From positions 1 through 59,573 of the forward strand of contig CAYSEI010000001.1 of NCBI GenBank assembly GCA_964430265.1: 59,573 bases of DNA, read 5' to 3'. Source of the stretch: an uncultured Pseudomonadales bacterium. GTDB lineage: Bacteria; Patescibacteriota; Microgenomatia; UBA1400; CAYXSR01. A program made the translations under genes and the position numbers. Under the pieces are notes generated by a model. It was not told the origin of the DNA. It saw only the letters and a list, made by a program, of their open reading frames with translations, and made no database searches. The stretch's first letter is position 1. Each line of letters starts with the position of its first letter. This document shows, piece by piece, positions 37,817 through 46,500 of the stretch.

Positions 37817-39649
37817 ATGAACATAAAAAACAAAATTAAAAAATCAATATATTCTTCAGTTAAAAGCATAACCCAAGAAGTTAGTGAAGCGGAAATAAGA
37901 ATAGAGCATCCGGATAATGTTGAATATGGAGACTATTCATCAAACATTGCTTTAATTCTGGCCTCAAGATTAAAAAAGAACCCCTTGGAAATTGCCAAAG
38001 AGATTGTTTCAGAAATGAAGAAAAATAAAGAGCTGGAGGAAATTAGTGAAAAAATAGAAGCGGTCAAGCCGGGATTTATTAATATATCAATCAAAGATAA
38101 ACAGCTTATCAAAGAGCTTGAAAGAGTGATAATTGAGAAAGAAAAGTATGGAGTGAATAAAAGTGAGGATAAAAGAAAAATAATGGTGGAATATACTGAC
38201 CCAAATCCTTTTAAAGAACTGCATATTGGGCATTTATACAGTAATATTGTTGGAGAAGCTCTGGCAAGGTTATATGAATCAGCTGGCGCTGAAGTAAAAA
38301 GAGCTAATTATCAGGGAGATGTAGGAATGCATGTTGCCAAATCCATTTGGGGCTGGCAAAAGAAAATGAAAAAAGAAGATCTTAGTTTAGATGATTTGTC
38401 AGAAAAAAAACTTGAGGATAAAATCCATTTTCTGGGACAAGCATATGCAATGGGAGCAAATGCATTTAAAGAGGATAAAAAAGCAAAAAAAGAAATAAAA
38501 AAAATGAACCTGCTTGTTTATCTTGCTGCACAGGAAAATCTTGTAGAAAAAGAAGGCTGGGAGCCGGTGGTTGACTACAAAAAAATGCTGGATTCCAAAA
38601 AAGGTTATAAAAAGGTTAAAAAACTTTATCAATTAGGAAGAGAATGGAGCCTGGCATATTTTGAAAAAATCTATGAAAGATTGGGAACAGATTTTGATAT
38701 GTACTTTTTTGAAAGCTTTACCGGAGAATATGGTTTAAAAATAGTCAAAGAATATTTAAATAAAGGTGTTTTTCAGGAAAGCCAGGGTGCAATTGTTTTT
38801 CCGGGAGAGGAATACGGCTTACACACTAGGGTTTTTATTAATTCTTTGGGACTTCCTACTTATGAAGCCAAAGATTTAGGGTTGGCACACTTTAAATACC
38901 AAAAATTTGCATATGACCGCTCCTTTATTATTACCGGAAACGAGGTTGACGAGTATTTTAAGGTGGTTTTAAGGGCTCTAAAAGAGGTCTATCCAGAACT
39001 GGAAAAAAAGACCATGCACATTTCCCACGGCATGGTCGGGCTCCCTACTGGACCAATGTCTTCCAGGACCGGAAACGTAATAACCGGTGAATGGCTAATG
39101 GACCAAGCAAAAAAAGAAGCAGTTAAAAAAATTAAAGAATCAAAAAAAATTGATAGTGAAGCTGAAGAAGCAGAAAATATTGCAGAAATGATTGCAATTG
39201 GTTCAGTAAAATATGCGCTTTTAAAAAGCGGGATAGGCAAAGATGTGGAATTTGACTTTGACAAATCAATTTCTTTGCAAGGTAATTCCGGACCTTACCT
39301 GCAATACACTTATGCTAGGTGTAAATCTGTATTAAGGAAAGCTAATGATTTTCTGCTGGATGATAAAAATATAGAGGAGTACCAAGCAAACAAAGAAGAA
39401 GAAGAGATTCTGCATTGGCTGTACCGGTTTGAAGAAGCAGTTTTGGATGCCAAAGAGGAATTAGCCCCAAACATTGTCTGCAATTTCCTTTTTGATCTGG
39501 CACAGAAGTATAATTCGTTTTATAACAAGCACAGAATTTTAGTTGAGGGTGAGGAAAAAGAATTCAGAATACTTTTAACTAAAGCAGTGGCGCATATAAT
39601 CAAAAACGGACTGCAGATTTTGGGTATCCTTGTACCCGAAAAAATGTAA
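37817..39649 (+). CDS. argS: Arginyl-tRNA synthetase
   Basis: 610 aa. YTDPNPFKELHIGHLYSNIVGEAL (HIGH), class I architecture, C-terminal anticodon-binding helices. Confidence 0.9.
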   Translation: MNIKNKIKKSIYSSVKSITQEVSEAEIRIEHPDNVEYGDYSSNIALILASRLKKNPLEIAKEIVSEMKKNKELEEISEKIEAVKPGFINISIKDKQLIKELERVIIEKEKYGVNKSEDKRKIMVEYTDPNPFKELHIGHLYSNIVGEALARLYESAGAEVKRANYQGDVGMHVAKSIWGWQKKMKKEDLSLDDLSEKKLEDKIHFLGQAYAMGANAFKEDKKAKKEIKKMNLLVYLAAQENLVEKEGWEPVVDYKKMLDSKKGYKKVKKLYQLGREWSLAYFEKIYERLGTDFDMYFFESFTGEYGLKIVKEYLNKGVFQESQGAIVFPGEEYGLHTRVFINSLGLPTYEAKDLGLAHFKYQKFAYDRSFIITGNEVDEYFKVVLRALKEVYPELEKKTMHISHGMVGLPTGPMSSRTGNVITGEWLMDQAKKEAVKKIKESKKIDSEAEEAENIAEMIAIGSVKYALLKSGIGKDVEFDFDKSISLQGNSGPYLQYTYARCKSVLRKANDFLLDDKNIEEYQANKEEEEILHWLYRFEEAVLDAKEELAPNIVCNFLFDLAQKYNSFYNKHRILVEGEEKEFRILLTKAVAHIIKNGLQILGILVPEKM

Positions 39650-39680
39650 AATCATACGAATTTAGTAAAATTAGTATGAT

Positions 39681-39718
39681 TATAATCCGATTAATTCATA
39701 TTAATTAATCGGATTATA
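39681..39718. repeat. Perfect 16-bp inverted repeat with a 6-nt loop, just downstream of argS
   Basis: TATAATCCGATTAATT catatt AATTAATCGGATTATA. Preceded by a second hairpin ATCATAC...GTATGAT (39651-39680). No U-run follows. Confidence 0.7.
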
Positions 39719-39940
39719 ACAGAAAAAAATTTAAAACATACTTCAAATTTACAAAATGGTTATGTTATCCCTTATAAGCTTTTCAAACAAAAAAAGAAAA
39801 CAAAAGATAACACCAAAAATGAATTCAAAAAACTAACTCTTAGTTTAAAACAATAAATACGCAGAATTATATAGAGTTTATTTTACTATAAACAAATATA
39901 AACAAAGAGAAAATTTGTTATTCACAAACATCCTATAATC

Positions 39941-39969
39941 TTGACAAGTAGACCTTTTTCTGCTATTAT
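39941..39969 (+). promoter_or_regulatory. Sigma70-type promoter
   Basis: TTGACA (39941-39946), 17-nt spacer, TATTAT (39964-39969). Confidence 0.55.
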
Positions 39970-39975
39970 TCACTC

Positions 39976-40226
39976 CTAAATATGAGATAAGTACCTATAT
40001 GGGGTAATCAATCCTATAATTAAGTTACGAAGCTCATATTTTTTATTTGTTTTGTAAAACTGCCTATTTGCAGGCTTCATTTTGCAAAACAAAGCACTTT
40101 AACAACCCAAAGAAACAAAAAAAGTAGACCAGAACATTTTGGGCAAAAGTTTTTTTTGCTTAAAGTGTTCTGGTTTACACCCGAAAGGGTAATAAAAGTT
40201 CAATAAAAGAGGAGGAAAGAGTAGGG
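39976..40226 (+). promoter_or_regulatory. ~250-nt structured 5' leader or small RNA upstream of the DUF11-type gene
   Basis: Successive hairpins: AAATATGAG...CTCATATTT followed by TTTTATTT (about 39979-40047); TTTGTTTTGTAAAA...TTTTGCAAAACAAA (about 40045-40093); GTAGACCAGAACA...TGTTCTGGTTTAC (about 40124-40178); ACCC-GAAA-GGGT (40179-40192). Then a strong SD AGAGGAGGAAAG. I recognise no known riboswitch motif. Confidence 0.35.
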
Positions 40227-40739
40227 ATGAAGAAAATCATGATAGCTGTTGTTCTTCTTTTCGTGCTTTCGGGCATGAATGTTCAAGCACAAGAGTCAGA
40301 AGATCTCAGATTAAGTGAAGTTATTCCTCATCCTGGATATGGGGAGGTAGTTGAAGGAGAGTGGTTTTATACTGCTTTCCAGATAACAAACGGTGTCTTG
40401 ACTGATATGTTAGAGTTTACTCTGACTTATCCAGTGGAAGCTCAATTCGCAGAAGGATTCCAGAATTATGTAGCAGACGGCTTCTGTGAATTAAGGGAAG
40501 GAAAGCAGCAGTTCGTTTGTGATTTCGGGTCAATGGTTTTGGTTCCGCCTGGTCGCGAGATCTGGGTGGTGCCAACATTCACAGCAACAAGTTCGGGAAC
40601 AATGGTTTTTACGGCCACCGTTTCCGGAAGAGAGCCGGATCCGAACCTTGACAACAACACGCGAGTGTTAAATGTCTTGGTTAGGGAAGACTTGATGAAA
40701 AAGCGGGTATTTTTGCCGCTTTGCTCCCGAAAGGGATAA
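40227..40739 (+). CDS. Secreted protein with a DUF11-type (conserved repeat) domain, in a GC-rich cassette
   Basis: 170 aa. Signal peptide MKKIMIAVVLLFVLSGMNVQAQ. C-terminal ...VSGREPDPNLDNNTRVLNV is typical of DUF11 repeat ends. Local G+C is visibly higher than the flanks. Confidence 0.55.
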   Translation: MKKIMIAVVLLFVLSGMNVQAQESEDLRLSEVIPHPGYGEVVEGEWFYTAFQITNGVLTDMLEFTLTYPVEAQFAEGFQNYVADGFCELREGKQQFVCDFGSMVLVPPGREIWVVPTFTATSSGTMVFTATVSGREPDPNLDNNTRVLNVLVREDLMKKRVFLPLCSRKG

Positions 40740-40787
40740 ATGCTTTTTCTCTTTTGTTTGGGAAAAAGCTATGAAGAAAAGGAGAAA

Positions 40788-40895
40788 ATGATGGGAATGG
40801 AGTGCTTAGTACCTGGATTAATGTTGGTTCTTGGAATTGCAGCAATCATCGTGGGGCTGAGAGTTGCTCATGCTGGGTTCAGCGATGACGAGTAG
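40788..40895 (+). CDS. Possible 35-aa single-TM peptide
   Basis: AAAGGAGAAA SD directly before ATGATG. MMGMECLVPGLMLVLGIAAIIVGLRVAHAGFSDDE*. An in-frame upstream ATG at 40740 would give 51 aa. Confidence 0.35.
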   Translation: MMGMECLVPGLMLVLGIAAIIVGLRVAHAGFSDDE

Positions 40896-40916
40896 GTAGA
40901 GGAGGCTCGAGCAAAA

Positions 40917-40949
40917 AAGGAGAGGGTGCCAGAATGTGGCCCTCTTCTT
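40917..40949 (+). terminator. Terminator-like hairpin closing the GC-rich cassette
   Basis: AAGGAGAGGG ... CCCTCTTCTT stem of about 10 bp. Weak U-tract. Confidence 0.35.
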
Positions 40950-41132
40950 ATGATCTTAACCGGAGACAAACGGTAATATTTCTTCACGTTTGCGTGGAGT
41001 TTATGTTGTTGTTTTGTTTTTGGTTTTGGTTAGGTTTCTTTGGGTTTTCTTGTTTGTGCTTAAATTTTAAGCTTAGACAAGAAAATATATTAAAAGTGAT
41101 ATAATAAAATAATATAAGGTGGAGCAGATAAA

Positions 41133-41339
41133 ATGAAGGTTGAACAAAAAGAACTGCCTAATTTTGACAGGAATTCTGTTTTGCAAAGGTTATCTCCGGA
41201 ACAAAGGTTGGATGTTTATTCAAGGAAAATAAAAAAAAGTTTAAGAACAAGCAGACAGGAGCCTGTTTTTGAAGGAGATCTTTCTCCGGATGATACACTT
41301 TCAAGCTATTGGAAAAGAGTCAGACAAATTGAAGATTAA
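41133..41339 (+). CDS. Hypothetical protein
   Basis: 68 aa. AAGGTGGAG SD upstream. Confidence 0.4.
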   Translation: MKVEQKELPNFDRNSVLQRLSPEQRLDVYSRKIKKSLRTSRQEPVFEGDLSPDDTLSSYWKRVRQIED

Positions 41340-41575
41340 ACTCCTTTTTCTTTAAAAAAAGAAATAACTTCTTGTTTATCCATTTCAGATTCGCTTGCCG
41401 CATTGGCAATTAAAGTTTGAATAATACCTGTATTTCTAAGAAATTCAAGCAGTTCCGCATTTTCAACTATTGTGTTTAAGGTTTCAATTGATTCCTTTTT
41501 GCTTAAAGGTGGTTCTTTTGTGTATTCTTCTGCTTGTTTAAGTATGTCTGATAGTTTGTTTTCAGAAGTTTCCAT
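41336..41575 (-). CDS. Hypothetical acidic helical protein
   Basis: 79 aa, convergent with the previous ORF, 4-nt overlap. Confidence 0.4.
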   Translation of the reverse strand: METSENKLSDILKQAEEYTKEPPLSKKESIETLNTIVENAELLEFLRNTGIIQTLIANAASESEMDKQEVISFFKEKGV

Positions 41576-41638
41576 TTGTATGAATAATTATAGCATCCTC
41601 CTCTTAACTAATTAATACGTTTGTAATAAAATAAGAGA

Positions 41639-42907
41639 ATGAATTTTAAAGTGAACAAAACAGTTTTGGAAAACGGTTTAAAAGTTTTGACTTTGCCTAT
41701 GCAGTCAATTCCTTCAATAACTTCATTGGTTATGGTTAAGGCCGGTTCGAGGTGGGAAGCAGAAAAAAGGGCTGGGATCTCTCACTTTTTAGAACATATG
41801 GTTTTTAAGGGAACAGAAAAATATCCTTCACATATTGCTTTGGCAAGTGCGGTTGATTCAATTGGTGCGGAATTTAATGCTTTTACCAGCAAGGAATACA
41901 CTGGTTTTTATGTCAGGGGTGCAAGTGATCATTTGGATTTGTCCTTGGATGTTTTGTCAGAAATGATTTGGCGGCCTCTTATACCAAGTAAAGATATTAA
42001 AAAAGAAAAGCCGGTTATTTTTGAAGAAATAAATATGCGCAATGATCACCCGATGCTGAAAGCAGAGGAAGAGTTTGAGTGCTTAATGTATGGTGAAAAA
42101 AGCCTGGGAAGGCCAATAATTGGCACTAAAGATACTGTTGCTGCTATTTCAAGAGATGATTTTGAAAAATACAGAAATAACTGGTATTACCCGGAAAACA
42201 TTGTTCTAGGGTTGGTTGGCGATGAAAGAATAATAGATAGAGAAGATACTTTGGAATTGGTGAAAAAATATTTTGCCATTAAAAAAGAAAAAGGTTTAGA
42301 GCAAAAAAACACTTTTACAATTAAAAAAGACAAAAAAAGGCTTTTAAATAAAAAGACCCAGCAAGCGCATTTCTGCCTAGGAGTTCCGGCTTTGGAAAGA
42401 GGTCACAAGGACCGCTATATTCTCAGCCTTTTAACAGTAATACTGGGAAGCACTTTTAGTTCACGCTTGTTTTTGGAAGTCAGGGAAAAGCGGGGGTTGG
42501 CATATTATGTTAAAACCTCACCGGAAACATATTTAAAAACCGGATATATAATGACCCAGGCGGGGACTGAACCCAAAAACTTAAAAGAGGCAGTTAAAGT
42601 AATAAAAAATGAATATGAAAAAATAAAAAAAGCAGATGCTAGTTTAAAAAAGGATTTAAAATGGGCAAAAGAATATTTAAAAGGCAAGCTTGCTTTAAAG
42701 CTTGAAGAACCAAAATCTGTTGCCTCCTTTTATATTGAAGACCTTTTACTGGAAAAAAGACTTAGGGATGTGGATGAAATCATTTCTAAAATAGAGGCAG
42801 TAGAAGCAGAAGATATTGCTGCTTTAGCTGAAAAGATTTTTAAAAAAGACCAATTAAGATTATCGGTAATTGGTCCATATAAAAACTTGGACAATATTAA
42901 GATATAA
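41639..42907 (+). CDS. M16 (pitrilysin/insulinase) family zinc peptidase
   Basis: 422 aa. GISHFLEHMVFKGT (inverted HxxEH zinc motif). Confidence 0.85.
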   Translation: MNFKVNKTVLENGLKVLTLPMQSIPSITSLVMVKAGSRWEAEKRAGISHFLEHMVFKGTEKYPSHIALASAVDSIGAEFNAFTSKEYTGFYVRGASDHLDLSLDVLSEMIWRPLIPSKDIKKEKPVIFEEINMRNDHPMLKAEEEFECLMYGEKSLGRPIIGTKDTVAAISRDDFEKYRNNWYYPENIVLGLVGDERIIDREDTLELVKKYFAIKKEKGLEQKNTFTIKKDKKRLLNKKTQQAHFCLGVPALERGHKDRYILSLLTVILGSTFSSRLFLEVREKRGLAYYVKTSPETYLKTGYIMTQAGTEPKNLKEAVKVIKNEYEKIKKADASLKKDLKWAKEYLKGKLALKLEEPKSVASFYIEDLLLEKRLRDVDEIISKIEAVEAEDIAALAEKIFKKDQLRLSVIGPYKNLDNIKI

Positions 42908-42955
42908 TTTATTAATAGAAATTTGTAAATATTTAGGCTTTTAAGCCAAAAGGAG

Positions 42956-43438
42956 ATGAAAATGACAAAATTGGAACAATCTGTAGTTTTGTTAAAACCT
43001 GACGCCCTGCAAAGGGGACTGTTAGGAGAAATAATTGACCGCTTTGAGCAAAAGGGGCTTAAATTAATGGCCATGAAAATGATGGTTTTAAACAAAGAGC
43101 TTCTTGAAGACTGGTATGTACACCATAAGGAAAAACCGTTTTTTGATGACTTGGCCACATATATGAGCAGTTCGCCCGTAATTGCCATGATTTGGGAAGG
43201 CTTGGAATGCATTGCGACTGTAAGAAAACTTTGCGGAACTACAAAGGGATATGAAGCAGAGGCGGGTTCAATCCGGGGAGACTATTCAATTTCCGGGTCA
43301 CACAATATTATTCATGCTTCTGACTCTGTTGAATCTGCAGAAAAAGAGAAGGGTTTAATTTTTGATAAAGATGAAATTTTTGACTACAACAAAGCAGAAT
43401 ATCTTTGGATATATTCTGAAGAAGAAGTGGAAAGATAA
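42956..43438 (+). CDS. ndk: Nucleoside diphosphate kinase
   Basis: 160 aa. EQSVVLLKPDALQRGLLGEIIDRFEQKGLKL...NIIHASDS (catalytic His). Confidence 0.9.
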   Translation: MKMTKLEQSVVLLKPDALQRGLLGEIIDRFEQKGLKLMAMKMMVLNKELLEDWYVHHKEKPFFDDLATYMSSSPVIAMIWEGLECIATVRKLCGTTKGYEAEAGSIRGDYSISGSHNIIHASDSVESAEKEKGLIFDKDEIFDYNKAEYLWIYSEEEVER

Positions 43439-43495
43439 ATTAATTAAAAAACCTTTTTCTGTTGCTGATTTATTCTGTAAAATCTGAATGAATTC

Positions 43496-43524
43496 TTGTT
43501 CCTAAACTTATTGCTATATATAAT
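43496..43524 (+). promoter_or_regulatory. Promoter placing the TSS at the ATG of the 1823-aa gene (leaderless candidate)
   Basis: TTGTTC (43496-43501), 17-nt spacer, TATAAT (43519-43524), 6 nt, ATG at 43531. No SD. Confidence 0.45.
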
Positions 43525-43530
43525 AAGTTT

Positions 43531-46500
43531 ATGGAAGATCAGCTTGAAAAAAATATTAAGCCCATTGAAAAAGAATCTTTTCCAACGGAACCTTCTGAAA
43601 GTTTGGATAAAAAAGTCAGTACGCGTGTTAAAGAACAAGAATCCCTTCCTGTATATTCTGTTTCAGAGAGTGAGAAAACAGCATCAAATTTGGATATCAA
43701 CAGTAGAATGGAGAAAAAACTATGGAGGATGGGTGAAGTTTTAGCACAAGAGCATCAATTCAGCCAAATGCTTGTAAAAGTAGGAAGAAAATTAGAACAG
43801 CCAGAAGATTGTCAGATTGTAGCCTTGGATTCAGCTTCTGCAGAAGCTTTTTATAGTAATCGTGACAACTTGGTTGTTTTTTCCCGCGGTTTGGCAAAAA
43901 AATTAATTAGCCAGGGAGTTGAATTAAAAGAAGACCACATTGCAGCAATTATCAGTCATGAATTGGAACATGAAGAAACAAACAAACGTTTAAATCCCGG
44001 TTTTGCATTTGATTTGAGCTACAAGAAAAAAATGCGGATGCAGAGTGAAGAAATGCGTGCGGATACAGAAGGAATGGAGAATATGGCAAGAGCCGGATAC
44101 AATCCCGAAGCAATGATAGACGTATATAAAGCAATCGGTTTAACTTCCGGACGTTATGGAACTAGTCATCCGGAAACAATTGACAGAATCCGTCATTTGG
44201 AAACCCGTTTGACTGATGATGAACATCCAATTCCAAGTGTTGGCAAAGAAATGACAGATGTTGATGAGGATTTAATAAAATACTTTACAGATGAAACACA
44301 GGTTTATCAAGAAAGCGAGAGGTTATGTTCTTTATCTGCAAATCAGCTTCAGGAAGAAATATTAGATACAGAATTCCAGGAAGAATTTTGGGCGCTTTAT
44401 CCAATGGAAAGACATGCACGCCGTGTTGAATACGGTAAAGCACTGGCAGGAGGAAATAGAGACTTACAAAGGTTGGTAAAAAAACAACTTCTTTTTCGCT
44501 TGCTTTCAACACGGAGTAGCGGTCATGGAGGCAGGGAAACCTGCCGTCTATTTATTGACGGCGAATTACAGCCGGAAATGGAAGGTGAGTTAATAAAAGA
44601 ATTGAGAGAAGAATCAGCCTTTATTACCCGTAGTGTGAAGAATAGCCACTTAGCATATATTTTTGATATGGAAACCGGATCCTCCCATTTTTTGAGAGCA
44701 ATGGATTACAGGGGAAATTTGCCAGAGGCGGATGTAGAGGATCCGGTAAAAGCAAGTTTTCAAGAAAGAATTGAAAAAGCAGAAGCTGCTTTGGACGAAA
44801 TTCTTTCTCGGCAGTTTGAAATTCTGGAAAAAAAACTTGCTGATGGAGAATTACCTGACTATTACAAGGCCCATCTGGAAAGGATAAAACAGGAATTAAA
44901 TAGCACAGCAGTAATTCCCTCAGCAGATGTAATGGCAAGTGCATTTGATTTTCTTGACAGGAGGGTAGTTGAAGATAATCTTAGAAAAGGAAATGAATTA
45001 AGACGGAAAAGGGGTCTCCGTTTGCAAGGACCTAATAAGAGCGACACAGTTGATTTTAATGACTTGGCTGAACGACAGCATGTTTTTAATGCTGCTTGCT
45101 TATCAACTGCAATATTTATGCTTGAGGAAATACCAGAAAACCAAATAACTTGGGCGCATTTAAATGAAGTTTTAGAAAATAGTACTGAATTGAGTGAAAT
45201 TGAAATAGAGCTTATTGCAGAGTATATATTTCATCAGAATGAGCAGGAATGGGTCAAATATTTGGGTTCTGTTGACCGTAAATATTTACCTGATTTGCAA
45301 AAAAAATTAAGAGCGGTTAAAGACGAAGGAGAAATAAGGCTTTCACCGAGAAAGTTGGGGGCGGGTCAAAGAATTTCCCTTTCTAAGTGCGATAGGATAG
45401 ATTCAATAAAAAATGAATTGCATTATAAATACGGTTACTTGCCCCATCCCTTTTCAGATGAAAGAGGAAAAAGAAACGCGTTAAGAGTACTAAGAGCAAT
45501 GCCGGCCTGGGAAATGTATAAGCGCTCTTGTCCTTTAAAAAATCAGGATGTGTTTAACAATCACTATTGGGACGGAGTGGGAATTTCAATGGATGCAGAC
45601 GAATTTGAATTTATATACTATACTTTGCAAAGAGATGGTAGTGATGTTTCCAATCTTAAAGTAAAGTATCAAATATGGTCTGGTGTCTTAAGAAAGGGAA
45701 TAGACAGGCTTAAACAAGGAGAACCCCTTTCCGAAGGCGAATTACAAATTATTAGTAGTATAAATAATTTTACCACTAATGGATTGCGTGATTACGGAAT
45801 TCCTTATCGGATTAGTTTTGAAGAAATGGATTTACTTTATGAAAATATTCCCTGGGTTGAAGGAGAAAGAGCTGTAAAGGTATTGGATTGGATTGAACAA
45901 GAATTTCGTTACGAACCAAAGGTTAAAGAACTTACTCCTGAACAGCAAAAACGCTTTGAAAAAATGCTTTTTGAGATATATGAAAATTATCCTGAATTGG
46001 AAGAAAGTTTTATAGAAGGAAGATATGTTCCTTATAGGGAACATAGGGCAAAAGACATGATCGCTGGATTTTTACTTAATCTTAAATTGCATGAAATCGG
46101 CTTTCCCAGGGAGTATCCGGAGGTGGAAATATCCCGGGAGGATGAGGAAGAAGTAATTAATGTTTTAAACGAGCTGGGGGAAAAAGGAATCAGAATATCC
46201 AACTTAGCTTGTATAAATTCTCCTGTACAGCTATTTTTTGAACAAGGAAGTGAGGAAAACTTACTCAGATTGGCTAATGATTTTGCTGATAAATCTGTTA
46301 TAGAAAATGAAAAACTTTCTTTTTCCGAAGCATTGAGGCTGGCAAGTGTTACTCCGGAAAGAAATGAAAGGTATAAGAAAAAAGACCTGCTTGCAGGTTT
46401 TTCTATTTATCCGGAAACAATTGACGAAATTTTTAAAGATAGGGGTTATGCAGAAGGAATTGATTGGGTGTTGAATAATTTTCATTCGTCTTCAATCAGG

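Noticed and set aside
42730-43212. 160-aa minus-strand ORF, together with similar long antisense ORFs: 49720-50193, 54999-55496, 57779-58210, 13588-13935, 18884-19246, 16717-17046 and 53474-53800.
   Set aside because: Each lies antisense to a gene with clear family motifs (M16/ndk, sigma, mreB, rplL, surface proteins). Their translations are low-complexity or Ser/Leu/Phe-rich, as expected for shadow ORFs.
43444-43744. Two short ORFs (64 aa minus strand, 82 aa plus strand) at the start of the 1823-aa gene.
   Set aside because: They overlap the promoter and 5' end of the giant ORF in other frames. Their translations are basic and low-complexity, with no independent support.
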